Part shown: piece by piece, positions 37,040 to 49,201 of the stretch
Layout: each line of letters starts with the position of its first letter
Position numbering within the stretch: the stretch's first letter is position 1
NCBI RefSeq assembly: GCF_009834535.1
Contig: NC_045696.1
Location: 119,972,001 to 120,036,000, forward strand
From: Camelus ferus
Lineage: Eukaryota
Direction: 5' to 3'
Length of the DNA stretch: 64,000 bases
The notes under the pieces: generated by a model
What the model was told of the DNA's origin: nothing
The model's input: only the letters and a program-made list of their open reading frames with translations
Database searches by the model: none
Made by a program: the position numbers and the translations under genes

Positions 37040-37828
37040 CAGAGGAGGGAAGTTGTGGTGTAGAGTCATCAGCCAGATGGAGAAAGTAGTTTCAGAGTCG
37101 CCTCACTCCTCAGGGTTCCTGAATTCAGCACACTGAGAGCCCTGGAGGGGTTGTGGCTTCCTGTGCAGGCACGTAGGGGTGTTCTGTGCGACCAGACAAG
37201 CCCTCAGCGCACTCACCTCCTGTTCTACTCCGCAACCTCTTGCTTCGAAGAGGAAATGGGGTTTCTCAGCTAAGTGACTGAGTCTGAGATTTTTTTTTTT
37301 TTTTTTTGGCTTCTGTTAAGGACCAGCTGGCTTTAGGAAGCCTCACTTTGAAGGAGTAGTTTAAATGTAAGTTAAAGAAAAATACACCATTTGTTCATCA
37401 ATTCATTACCAGTTCTCAAGTGCATTCCCCAGCCTTTGGGCAAAGCACCATCCTGCAGGGAAGGTGCCCAGCCTTTTTTATTTCTAAAAATCACGTTGCA
37501 TCTTCTCAGGTTCTTGCACTCTTTGACTGGAAGTCTCTTGATCTCAGGCTCAGGCCAGGCGAGTGAAGGTGCTCTTTATACTGAGAAAACTGGGAGGTCC
37601 GTTTTCATGCTGACCCTGGACCCTCAGCCAAGGTGGTTGAAGGCATGTGTAGTGGGCTCTTGTTGGAAGGAAGCCACGAGATGTAAGGCATTGTGTTAGT
37701 TCATGTAGATTCCTCATCTGTCTGGTCCCATCCTGACCCCAAAGCTGTGAGGAAATAAAAAGGTGAACTTATGCAGCCTGAAATTCTGAAATTTCTATTG
37801 CCTTATGCATAAAACAATGGCTTTATCT

Positions 37829-38308
37829 TATGTCAACCAAGAATGGCATTGTCTGCAAGTAACAGAGGACTTAGAAACTGTGACCTAAACCACAAAGGTA
37901 TCTTCTTTCACCTAAAAGGAGTCCTTAATTAGGCAATCTAAGTTAATGCCAGGAGTGCATGGTCATCTGAGATCCAGTGTTCTATTTAGTACTCAATCCT
38001 AGGATGTAAGTCTCACCCTTAAAGTCACCTCATGGTCCAAAGTGGCTCCAGGAGCTCCAGCCATCACATGTGCATTTCAGGACAGAAGGAGAAAAAGAGG
38101 AAGGGGAAGGAACATATGTCCCTTCTATTGTAAAGAGTCCGGTTGGAAGTCCCAGCCAACACCCTCTTCTGTTTCATTGTCAGAACTGAGTCACATAGTC
38201 TTGGGTAGCTGCAAGGAAGGCTTGGCTTGGTGTTTTTTTAACTAGCAAGGTGGTTTCTAAGGATGAAGGGAACCATGGATGTTGGGAGGCAGCTGACCAG
38301 CTCTGTCA
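37829..38308 (-). mobile_element. MLT1J-like MaLR LTR
   Basis: ctgcaagtaacaga...cctcatggtccaaagtggctccaggagctccagccatcaca...cattgtcagaactgagtcacat..agctgcaagg. Confidence 0.7.
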
Positions 38309-38797
38309 TGTCTGTGCTGTGGTTTACTTCTAGAAAGCCTCTTGGTTGGCAGGAGTTCGAGGTGGGCGTGTACGACCCACAGAGCAGGCCCAGGGCTCCT
38401 CTGAGGAGGGAAGTGCCCCGTATCTCTCTGCTCCATCATTTCCGTCCCTTTCTGCTACGTAGAAAACTTCCTTTCCTTTATATTGTGGTGGAGTCCTAGG
38501 AGGAAATGCTAGCTTCCCATAAAGGGTGTGTGCGTGTGTATGTGCGTGCACACACTTGTGTGGTTTTGTCACGTTGCAGAATCCATTCAAACTTTCTTTT
38601 ATCAAATACTAATTAGATGACGCATTTCCTGTTGCCACTTCTTTGGTGGAAGCCCTTGTGTCTTGCCTGGATGACTGAAATCGCCTTTCAGTTGGTATTC
38701 CTGCCTCCCAGTGCCCCCTTCTCCACTTCTTCCCCATACTTCCCAACTGGATCTTGCCAAAGTCAGTTTTGCTAGTGGTTCAGCTCAAAACATTGTG

Positions 38798-39728
38798 TAT
38801 GATGGTTAATTTTAGGTGTTGACTTGGCTGGGCTGCAGTACCCAGGTAGGTGGTCAAATGTTATTCTGCATTTTTCTGTGAGGGTGTTTATTGGACTTGG
38901 GGTGCGATTCACATTTCCATCCGTGGACTTGAGTAAAGCAGACTGCCCTCTGTGATGTGGGTGGGCCTCATCCAATCAGTTGAAGGCCTGGATGGAGGAG
39001 AAGATTGACCTCCCTCTGAGCAAGGGGAACCTGCATTGCTGACGGTCTGCGGACTTGCCTTGCAGCACCAGCTCCTCTCTGGTTCTCTCCACTGCTGGCC
39101 CACCTTGCAGACTGGGGACTGCCACCCTCCATTGTCACATGAGCTGATTCCTTAAAATAAAACCTCTTTCTGTACACAGATCTTCCTCAGTTCACCATGG
39201 GCCTACATCCTGATGAACCATCCTAAGTTGAAACTATGCTACGTTGAAAATGCATTTAATACCCCTCACCTGCCAAGCGTCACAACCCAGCCTCGCCCAC
39301 CTCACACGTGCTCGGAACACTTACATGAGTCAACAGTGAGGCGAAACCCTCTAACACAAGGCCTCTTTTATAGTAGAGGGTTGAATTTCTCATGTAGGTT
39401 ATGAATACTGTACTGAGAGTGAAGTACAGAACTGTGTCTGGGTCCAGGTGGTCGTACTTGTCTGGGTTGTTCGCCCTCGTGACTGCAGTAGCTGACAGGA
39501 CTGGAAGCTGCCGCTTCCCAGGCTGGGAGAGGGGGTGGTCCTGCACTGTCCAGCCCAAGGGAAGGTCCAGATTCTAAATTCTGAGCACAATTTCCACCAA
39601 ATGCCTATTGCTTTTGCACCACTGTTGTGTTGGTAACTTACAAGTCGAACGAACCATTGTGAACTGGGGACCGTCTGCGCACACACATCCCATTGGTTCT
39701 GTTTCTCTGGAGCACCTTGCACGACACA
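38798..39728 (+). mobile_element. MLT2D-like ERVL solo LTR, interrupted at 39177-39677
   Basis: tgatggttaatttta...gtgggtgggcctcatccaatcagttgaaggcct...aataaa...attggttctgtttctctggag. Confidence 0.85.
39177..39677 (+). mobile_element. MER47/Tigger5-like TcMar element with both TIRs
   Basis: Left end cagatcttcctcagttcaccatgg versus reverse-complemented right end cagacggtccccagttcacaatgg (19/24 identical). Confidence 0.85.
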
Positions 39729-39989
39729 GCACTTCTTCTGTGTGGGGTGACCAGCCCAGCTCTGAGCACGGCACACAGGCTTTTCCATTTGCCCCAGCCC
39801 CTCTTCTCCCTGCATCTGCTCCTCTGCGCCGAGCCCCCACCTGCGCCCGCCCCGCCCCTGCTCACAGCTGCCCGGTACATTGCACAGCCTCATTCACAAC
39901 CTCTGAGGGCATCGTGGGGATGTTCTGCATCCGTGCACATTCTGTTCCCTTCGCCTGTGATGTTTTCCTCCCCAGGCTGACCAGCAACG

Positions 39990-40165
39990 TGACGCTCAGA
40001 ACGGTAGCCACGTGTGGCTTCTTAAATAGAAATAGTGACATGAAATACAACTCAGGGGTCAGTTTTTCAGTCTCAGTGGCCACAGGTGGCCGGTGGCGGC
40101 TATTTTGGGACAGCACAGAGAGAAAACATTTCCCTCGCTGCGGGAGGTGCTGTTGGAAGCACTGC
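39990..40165 (-). mobile_element. MER3-like remnant
   Basis: acggtagccacgtgtggct...ggacagcacaga..gaaaacatttcc. Confidence 0.55.
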
Positions 40166-40449
40166 TTGGCTTTTACCTTTGCCTGCTGACCTGATGAACA
40201 TGAAGCGGCAGGTCAGTGTCCCTTCTGCAGACCCCTCCGGCAGCCCCTCCCGTGCTAAGCTCTCCATCATTTTTGCTTTGAGAATGTGATGAAAGCTGTG
40301 GATGTCCTCTGGAAACACACGTCTGTGCGCATGGGCGGATACGTTATGCACACAGGTGATCAGCAGTTCTCCTTAAGTTAAGGGTCACCCGCGTCCTGGG
40401 GGTTGGTCACCACGAGCTAACTCGGCGTCATTCCTGCGGTTGTGACAGC

Positions 40450-40620
40450 TGACACGTCTGCGCCGCTCACTGTCTGCCTGTTCTGAGCTCTTCACGTGTG
40501 ATAACTCACTTGCTCCTCGGGGCTCCCACGAGGTAGCATCTGCTGTCTGCGTCTTGCAGATGAGGAAAGCGAGGCCCAGGGATTTAAAGCGCTCAGGGTC
40601 CTTCTCAGAGCTCCCTGGAC
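40450..40620 (-). mobile_element. MIR remnant
   Basis: gaggtag...ttgcagatgaggaaagcgaggccc. Confidence 0.6.
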
Positions 40621-41290
40621 GTGGCCTGGGCTCCGGGCCCTGGGGTGTGCCTGCTCCTGTGTCCGGTTGCTGTGACGCTGGCTCTGGCCTGGGGCTGCTG
40701 GCCATGGCTGTGTGGACCCCTGAGCACTTGCGTTGCAACAGACCCCTCAGGTTCTCTGTCCCCCAGGCTCAGCGGGGAGGTGCATTAAGCCCTCATTTTC
40801 CTGTGCGTCCCCCTGACTTTGGGTTCTTTTGGAGTTGATCATGCAGCGGGTAGTTAAAATTAAGCCAAGTCACACTGACCCAGAGGCAGAAGATAGGTTG
40901 GAGGAGGGGGCTGACCTTTCAGTGAGTCTGTTGCTCCTTTGGCTGTGCTGAAGTGTCCCAGGCAACCTGTGGTGCCGAAGGGCCCCGGGAAGGAAGGCTG
41001 CATCCCAGAGGAGGTGGGAAGCGGGCGGCCAAGGTCCCTAGCTAGTGCAGGGCTTGGAAAAGCACCTGTTTCCAAGTCACCGTCCTGGCGGTGGGGACTC
41101 ACAGATGCACAGAACGTCACTCCCTCCAAGGAGTTTGTGGTCTTGTCCAATAATAAATGAAGAATAAAATAATTCGAGATGTGTCATCAGTATGCTCAGA
41201 TGTGGGGCAGTTTTCAAAGTGCTTTCCTTGAACACTATGTTATATAACCTGGCAGACAGTTGAGATAGAAGTGTAGGAATTTGGTTCTGT

Positions 41291-41458
41291 TTTGGAGAGG
41301 GTATAGCTCAGTGGTAGAGCACATACTTAGCATGCTCAAGGTCCTGGCTTCCCCAGGACCTCCCCAGTACCTCATTTAAACAAACAAACCTAATTCCATC
41401 CTCCCGCCAGAAACCAACCCTCCCAATAAAATAGTTGCTTAGTAAATATTTCTTTAAA
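41291..41458 (+). mobile_element. Vic-1-type SINE, B-box disrupted, extended 3' end
   Basis: Perfect TSD aatttggttctgt (41278-41290, 41459-41471). Confidence 0.9.
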
Positions 41459-41820
41459 AATTTGGTTCTGTAAATTCAGAGAGGGTAAAATTTCACCCAG
41501 GAATTTCCTGAAGACCCACTGGGACCTGGGTTGTGTATCATTCAGCTGGGAGGAGATGAGGTAAAGTGGAAGGGGAGTTATTTAGACCTTGAGAGAATGG
41601 CGTTCACGCTGCACGATGTAGTGTATACGGTGAGGTCGTCATTCAGGTGAGTTTTCACATCATGTAAACAGGAGCTTCTGGGGACACACTGGCCCTGAGA
41701 GACATTTATCTGATTGCAGGAGCCACAGAGGAAGAAAATCACAAGGTGGACCATCAGAAAGTGGTTTGTGGCTTGTCATTTGTACCCTAGCTTGGTACCT
41801 GACTTAAACATACATTTCTT

Positions 41821-42639
41821 TTTTTTTTCCTTGTTGTTTATCTATTTTATATATAGTAGTTAGTATCTACAAATCTCGAATTCACAATTTATCCCTTCCC
41901 CACCCCCTTTCCCCTCTGGTAAACATAAGTTGTTTTCTATGTCTGTGAGTCTGTCTCTGTTTTGTAAATAAGCTCATTTGTGTCTTTTTTTTTTTTAGAT
42001 TCCATATATAAGTGATATCATATGATATTTTTCTCTCTCTTTTTGGCTTCACTTAGAATGATAATCTCTAGGTCCATCCGTGTTGCTGCAAATGGCATTG
42101 TTTCATTCTTTTTTTACGGCTGAGTAGTATTCCATTGTATAAATATATCACATCTTTATCCAGTCATCTGTCGATGGACATTTAGGCTGTTTCCATGTCT
42201 TGGCTATTGTAAATAGTGCTGCTGTGAACATTGGGGTGCAGGTGTCTTTTTGAAGTAGGGTTCCTTCTGGATATATACCCAGGAGTGGGATTGCTGGATC
42301 ATATGGCAAGTCTATTCCTAGTCTTTTGAGGAATCTCCATACTGTTTTCCACAGTGGCTGCACCAAACTGCATTCCCACCAGCAATGTAGGAGGGTTCCC
42401 TTTTCTCCACAGCCTCTCCAGCATTTATTTGTGGACTTTTGAATGATGGCCATTCTGACTGTTGTGAGGTGGTACCTCATCGTAGTTTTGATTTGTATTT
42501 CTCTGCTAATTAGTGATGTTGGGCATCTTTTCATGTGCTTATTGGCCATCTGTATGTCTTCACTGGAGAAATGTTTGTGTAGGTCTCCTGCCCATTTTTG
42601 GATTGGTTGTTTGTTTCTTTGTTATTGAGTTGTAGGAGC
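41821..42639 (-). mobile_element. L1 fragment (ORF2 Cys-rich C-terminus plus shortened 3'UTR)
   Basis: ORF 42148-42549 contains [18 protein letters not shown]...[14 protein letters not shown]; 13/16 TSD at 41805-41820 and 42640-42655. Confidence 0.95.
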
Positions 42640-43714
42640 TAAGCATATGTTTCTTAAACATTTGCAGTACACTGGCCGTTAGGCTAGGTTTGGGAGCTTA
42701 AAAAATTTAGTAACACAGTCTCCCGGTCACCAGGGCTCCCCGGGTCACTGGATGATGCTCGGTGCAGAGAGAGGAACTCTGGGTCCTGGAGCTTTTCTGC
42801 AGTAGCCCTGACTCTGAGGGTCCTCGGCCTGGAAGACTGACCAGGCATCTGCATGTGCTGGGGCCATGGGGGTGACTTGTCCTACAGGCTCCCTCTCTTC
42901 CCTGATCTCCCTTCATGCCCCCTTGTGGATCTCGTCCAGACTTCCAGGCCAAGAGTAGAAAGCTTCCAGAAGCTTCTTCCCAACTTTCCATTCCTAGCTG
43001 CCGAGTGAGTTGTGTCAGCGGAAGTCACTTTGTCTGGAATGGGCACATCCGCTGCCTCTGTTAACGGCAGCCCCTGGGGGGTGAAGCCAGGCAGTTGTGT
43101 GAGGCAGACACGGGCAGGTGGGCGGCTGGTCCCGGCCCCAGCCAGTCTCAGGAAGCTCCCCAGTTGCTCCTTTTGTGGACTGCAGCCTGGCAGGGACGGC
43201 CCATGGCAGATGCTTCCATCATATCTGCTGAGAATTTCTTGTCTCAGGGCAGGAGGAATGATTTTGAACTCACTGATTTTAATCCCATTAGATGCTGGAA
43301 ACGTTTCCAGAGGTTTCTCAGAGCCCATTTTGTCCTTGGTACAGAGCTGAGGGTGGGGAGAGGTTGGGCAGGACTTCTCAGCCTTGGGATGCTCTGCCGA
43401 GAGGAAGTCTCGGCCAGAGGGCTGGGCAGAGTGGCCGTGCAGCTGGTGTCATGGAGACAGGGCTGTAGGCTGGGTTCCATAGGCGAGTGCCTGGTAGGGC
43501 AGGGGGTTTAACAAACACCCCACCCTGGCTCCTCCTGTCCTCCTGATAATGGAAGTGAGTGCGGGCAGGGCTGATCCACATTTCTGCAGGTTGCTTTCTG
43601 CCCTTCTTGAAAGTGCTTTGTGCTGGTAGTGCGCTTTGCCGTTGTTAAGTCGGTGCCTTTTCTTCCCCACCCCCACCCCCCGCCAGGGACAGAGAAAGAG
43701 CTGAAGGTTTAAAT

Positions 43715-43852
43715 TTGTTTTTTTAATTTTAATTTTTTGAGGGGGAGGTAATTAGGTTTTTATTTATTTAGTTGTTTTAATGGAGGTGCTGGGAGGTCGA
43801 GGACCTCATACATGCTACGTGCACTCTACCACTGAGCTATGTACCTTTCCCC
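43715..43852 (-). mobile_element. Vic-1-type SINE (diverged)
   Basis: ggaggtaattaggttt tail; ctctaccactgagctat head. Confidence 0.85.
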
Positions 43853-44781
43853 AGAACTGAGAGTTTTAAATCATAGCAGAAGCTGTCAGGATGAGAGATG
43901 AGAAAATTCTGGGCAGCTGGAGTGGTTTGGCCCCCAACAGGATCGTGGGGGACAGCGCTGGACTTCCCACGTGTTTGCTACAAGATGTGCTTTGAGGGGT
44001 CGGGAGCCCTCCCGATCTGGTAAACCTGTCTCATGCATGGCTGAAATGTTAACTGTTTACTTCCCTTCACGGGCAATCCTACAGGTATTTTTTTTTTTTA
44101 ATTTCAATATTTATTTATTTAGTTTACATTTTTGCCTTTAGTCAGGACCACCCTTGACAAACAGCTTTGGTTTCCCCAGTCTTAAAGTGAGTAGCATTTT
44201 CTTTCGTGCTTACGGGCCAGGTGAACAGCAAAAGTGCTAACGACAGACCAAAGGCTTCGAAAAACATTACCTCTTTTTATTAGGGAATGTTTCAAGTGTA
44301 CACAAAAGTAGAGAGTAATCCGTGAACCCTAGCGTCCATCGCTGGTGTGAGTGCTCGGTCACATCTTACCGTCACGCTTTATCTGCCCTCGGTTGTCTTT
44401 TATTTTAAAGCTGTTCGCGTCACCCTGTAAACACTGAAGTGCTCATCTCTAACAGACAAGAGCCTTTAAAAGCCCACATTTTCACACCTAACAAAATTAA
44501 TAGTAGTTCTTTTAGTCTCATCTAGTCCCCAGTTCTCTTTCAGATTTCCCTGGCTATTTTAACATGTGTTCTTAGGATGGGTTTCAAACATTTGACTGGA
44601 CAAATGGCTGTTCTAATTTTGAGTTGATAAATAGTGTGGACAACCCCTTGGCCTTCATATTGTGCTGTTACTCAACCCAGTGACAAGGTTTTGAGTTTAA
44701 GGAAAAATCTGTGTGGTAGAGAAACAGCAGAGTAACAGCTGATTAAGAAGTGCTTCAGGAAAAGCAGTTTTGTAACCCTTT

Positions 44782-44920
44782 ATTTTTAATTAAAAATTTT
44801 TTGGGGGTGGAGATAATTAGGTTTTGTTTTATTATTTATTTTAATGGTGGTGCTGGGGATTGAACCCAGGACCACGTGCATGCTAAACACATGCTCAACC
44901 ACTGAGCTATACCCGCCCTC
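44782..44920 (-). mobile_element. Vic-1-type SINE
   Basis: ctggggattgaacccaggacc..gtgcatgctaa...ccactgagctataccc. Confidence 0.9.
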
Positions 44921-47019
44921 TGTAAGCTTTTTATTGTGGAAAATTTGCAAGTATAACAATAAAAGAGACTGCAAAAGCCAAATAGCTCGGTGGTCAACCC
45001 GTCTGCTGATGGGCTGTTCGCACGTGTGTAAGCCGGACACTGCGTTCCAGACCGTGGCCTTGAGAGTCCTGCCGGAATTCCATATCTTCAACACTGGAAC
45101 ACGGGCTCCCCAGGAGTTAACAGAGGCCTTGGCGTTCCACTCTGAGAAGTCCAGTGACTCGTTCAAGGTCAAAGACCCAGGACAATGGTCCTTGTTGGTG
45201 GCGGGAGTCTCCCCTGCTGCTCCCAGTTCTTTGGACACAGGGGCGCTGCCTGGCGGTGGCCCAGAACCATCAGTGCCAGTTCTGTGTAGGGCAGGGGCTT
45301 GTTTCCTCTGTTGGCACTGCAGTGTGTTCAGAGCAGGGTCCCTGGGGTTGGAGAGCTGCGGGGGGCCTGTCTGTCCACGTGGTACTGGTGGGACCACCTT
45401 CTGGAAATGTTGGCAGTTCTGCTCAGAGTTCCCAGGAATGGGGAGGGCCCTGTCTGCAGGGGCAGGACCGGGGTGAGGGCTAACGGGCCAGCTGGCTCCC
45501 CCCGGGAGAGGAAGGGGAGAGGTAGAGGGTGAGAGTAGGGGTGGAGCTTTGCCAAGGCATCTGATGCCCTCGGATGCGTGACTTGGATGCGTGACTCTCC
45601 GCTGTGTGTGTCTTGGCTGTGGCTGAGTGGTGTGGAGTAGGGGTCCACCCCCGTCCATATCCCCATCATTACCCACCGCCTCCCAGCTGCATCCTCTGGG
45701 AAACCAGCAGCTTCTTAGGAGCCCCAGAGGGCTGTCTGACTGTCGTGAGGCATCATTACAGAGCAGGGGGCTCTGCCTTCCTGCAGTCTTCCAGTCCCCA
45801 GGCCTTCCTCTCTCTCAGAACCTCAGGCCCCCCATCGTGGCCAGGGTCTGCATTGTGTTTCCCAGGGAAGCTTCCCCGAAGGCTGTGTGTGTCTTTCTGA
45901 CCTTGAGCCTGGGAGATGCTGTGCTTCTTACGTCATGGGAATGACAGTGGTGGGGGCTGAGGGGCCAAGGCAGAGACAGAAATAAATACGAAGACTTGCT
46001 GAACTGGGGGGACCTCCCGAGGGAGCTGCCCGAGTTAGCACGTATTGGGACTCCAGAGATGGGTTTGTGCCTTGTCCCTCTGAGTCAGGCCAGTTTACTT
46101 GTTATGCTCCTGCATTTTCTTCTATAAAATAAAGCGTTTCATCCGTGCTGATTCTGTCTCCTTGGGCGCAGACTCAGTGCCTGGATCCCCGTGGGCCGGA
46201 GCTCTAGGCGCGGTGGTGGCTCCCGGGGTGCTGCTGGGTCACGGGGTCCTGACGGTGGGCGGGGCGGCTGTCCCCTGTGTCGGGCCTGCTTGGCCTCCCT
46301 CCCCCGGTCTGTAGCTGTGTAGGCAGAGGAGGTCTGCTCCCCGCCCCGCCAGCCGAGTGCGGGGCGAGAGGAAGCCCAGGGAGGGATGGGGTCGCCCTTC
46401 TGGCCGGGGACATGGGGAGGCTGCATCTTTGTGTCCCCGCAGTGGCAGCGGCAGGAAGGATTTGATCTGAGGGCAGGAGAGTGTGAGGGTCAGAGACGGC
46501 AGGCGGCCCTGTGTCCTCCTCCTGCCGGCAGCTTTTGGCTGAACTGGGGACGTCCTGTTGGGAGGCAGATGGTGCCCACCTGGGTCGGAGGGACCGGGCA
46601 GGTGAGTGGAACGGGACGCTGATAGGTGTGCTTCGGGAGTGTGTGCCGGTGTTGACGTCAGTTGCAGGAGACAAGCAAGGTGGACGCCATCCCAGACGGA
46701 CCTCCCCGGAGCCCCAGGGGAAACCCTCGAGTCAGACCCACCCTGGTCAGTCTGGGGTCCTGGACAACTGGAGGGAGTGGGGACCGTCCCGCCTGACTCT
46801 GGGTCTGAGCACCCTATCGGGTGGCTGAGCCTTTCCCTCACCCAGGGTCTCTCTATGGCGTACCCCCAGGGCTCCTTGATTATGGGTATTTTAAGGTCCA
46901 ATTATTTATAAGACAAAGCAGGAATGAAGGTGCTGCTTTGATGAGCACAAACCAGAGATTATGGATGGCAGCTGAGCCCTCCCTCCAGCCTTCGTTTCAG
47001 TGTTGGCTAGTATCTCGGC

Positions 47020-47190
47020 CAGCCCTGTCCAGGCGAACGTCCTGTGACATTGGAAATGTTCTGTGTCTGCGCTGATCAGTGTGGGAGCCACCAGCCACAT
47101 GTGACCAGTGCAACCAAGAAACTGAAATTTTAATTTTTTTCATTATAAGTAAGTAAATAGCCACCTGTGGCCAGTGTAAGAGATTGCAGT
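47020..47190 (+). mobile_element. MER3-like MITE
   Basis: ctgtcca...tggaaatgttctgtgtctgcgctg...agccaccagccacatgtg...aactgaaattttaa. Confidence 0.7.
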
Positions 47191-47231
47191 TTTAGAGAAT
47201 CCTAAGTAGGTAGTTGCAAATGATAATAGTT

Positions 47232-47429
47232 ATTAATATTATTATTAAAGTGTAGTTGATTTACAGTGTCAGATTCAGGTGTACAGCAAAGTGATTCGGT
47301 TGTACATATACATATGTATCTGTTTTCTTTTCAAATTCTTTTCCATTATACGTTATTACAAGGAACTGAATATAGTTCCCTGTGCTCTACAGTAGGACCT
47401 TGTTTAGCTATTTGATATATAATAATGTG
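47232..47429 (-). mobile_element. L1 3' fragment
   Basis: TSD tgataatagtt (47221-47231, 47430-47440). Confidence 0.88.
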
Positions 47430-47633
47430 TGATAATAGTTTTTTTACTTTTTACTTTTTAGTACAGGAAATTTCAAATACACACAAATCAGAGAAAAGTA
47501 TAATGGCTACTGTGTTTGCTTTGTCTGGCTTCTGCGGTTACCCGTGGCCAGTCTTGTTTCATCTTTGACCTCCCCTGCCCCACCTCCTACAGCTCTCATT
47601 GCTAAGTGTATTATTCTGAAGCAGATAATAGCT

Positions 47634-47767
47634 ATTGGAACCTTTTTTTGGGAGGGTAATTAGTTTTATTTATTTACTTACTGTAATGGAGGTACTGAGG
47701 ATTGAACCCAGGACCTTGTGCATGCTGAGCACACATGCCACCACTGAGCTATGTACCCTCCCCCTCT
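47634..47767 (-). mobile_element. Vic-1-type SINE
   Basis: Perfect TSD gcagataatagct (47621-47633, 47768-47780). Confidence 0.92.
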
Positions 47768-48299
47768 GCAGATAATAGCTTTTTAATTTTTGTTTTTAAA
47801 CAGCTCATCTCTAACCGCAAGACGGAACAAAACTATTTGACCTTGATTTTTTCCTGATTCCCTCCGGGGGTCTTTTGACATTGCGATGAATCAAAGAACT
47901 TTGTGGCCTTCTGCTAAACCAGCTGCAGGCCCCCTGTATTGTATTTCTTAAGACTGCTCATGGTTTTCTCGTATTTCTCTAATGAGAAATATGCACCATG
48001 GATCCTTTACTTAATTTGTAACCTGTATTGTTTAATATGTTTTAATATTACACAGTTTAATATGAACTGATAATGGCTCACACTGTACATGGTGACATTT
48101 GGGACTGATTAAAAATTGATGTCCCATATGTTCAACAGATTTTTAAATCTGCAGAAAATTGGTCCAGGGAAATTGAGTTTGACAGAACTGTAATGGACAA
48201 CTCCATGGCACAGGCTAGAATCAGTACAGTTTGTGGATGAAACTGTTCGGTGGCCCACATGGATTTGAAATCGAACTGATCCTTAAAAAAATAATTTTT

Positions 48300-48454
48300 A
48301 AAATAGATTTTATTAAGTTTTTTGTTTTCTTTTTTGGAGGGGGAGGTAATTAGGCTTTTATTTATGATTTATTTTATTGGAGGTACTGGGATTTGAACCC
48401 AGGACTTCATGCATGTTAAGCGTGCGCTCTACCACTGAGCCGTACCCTCCCCCC
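48300..48454 (-). mobile_element. Vic-1-type SINE
   Basis: Canonical head and tail; flanking aaaataatttt repeat. Confidence 0.9.
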
Positions 48455-48954
48455 AGTGAAAATAATTTTGACTAAATAAAAATGGAAAAAATCTAGGGAC
48501 TCTGGACATGCAAAATGATCAAAGAACTAGATGGACTTAATGGAATTCTCTCTAGGAAATGCTTCTGATTAAAATGTTTGTGTCCAGGACTTCCTCAGGG
48601 TCAAAGCGGACCATCGCCGCCTCGGGCCCCACTTCAGTCAACCTCATACAAGTTAGAAAGGGCGTGGAAGGATCAGTGTCTGCAGTGGAAAGTCTCAGAC
48701 TCTCTGGTCACCGCCCACCCCCTGACGGCTCAGGACACAGGCAGACACTGGAGCTTGACTAGAGCTGAGAACACGCCCTGCCCCTTGTCGGCTTCGATGT
48801 TCATCCCCGGCCGCCCACCTCGCCGGGGGCCAGCGGGGTCTGATCTTCCTCAGATGGTGCGGGGAGGGATTTGGGGCTTTTCTCCGTGAACGTCTAGCTG
48901 GGAGGTGGATTATTCAAGCCGCACATTAGCAGTCACCGTAAGAAGTCAAGGGCG

Positions 48955-49201
48955 TGTAACGTAGATAAACAAGGTCCCTCTACAGCACAGGGAGCTGTAT
49001 TCAATACCTTGTAGTAACCTATAATGAAAACGAATGTGGAAAAGAATATATATATGTATATATATATGTATATATATCTGAATCACTATGCTGTATGCCG
49101 GAAATTAATACAACATTGCAAATCAACTCTACTTCAATTGAAAAAAAAAAGAAAAAAAGCAAGGACAAAATGGTATCAAGTTTAAAAAAAAAAAAAAAAA
49201 A
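48955..49201 (+). mobile_element. L1 3' fragment with a bipartite A-tail
   Basis: tacagcacagggagctgtattcaataccttgtagtaacctataatg...aaatcaactctacttcaat plus A-runs. Confidence 0.85.

Noticed and set aside
44786..45676. 296-aa minus-strand ORF
   Set aside because: No recognisable domain, P/G/S-rich composition typical of GC-rich non-coding DNA, and it ends inside a SINE.
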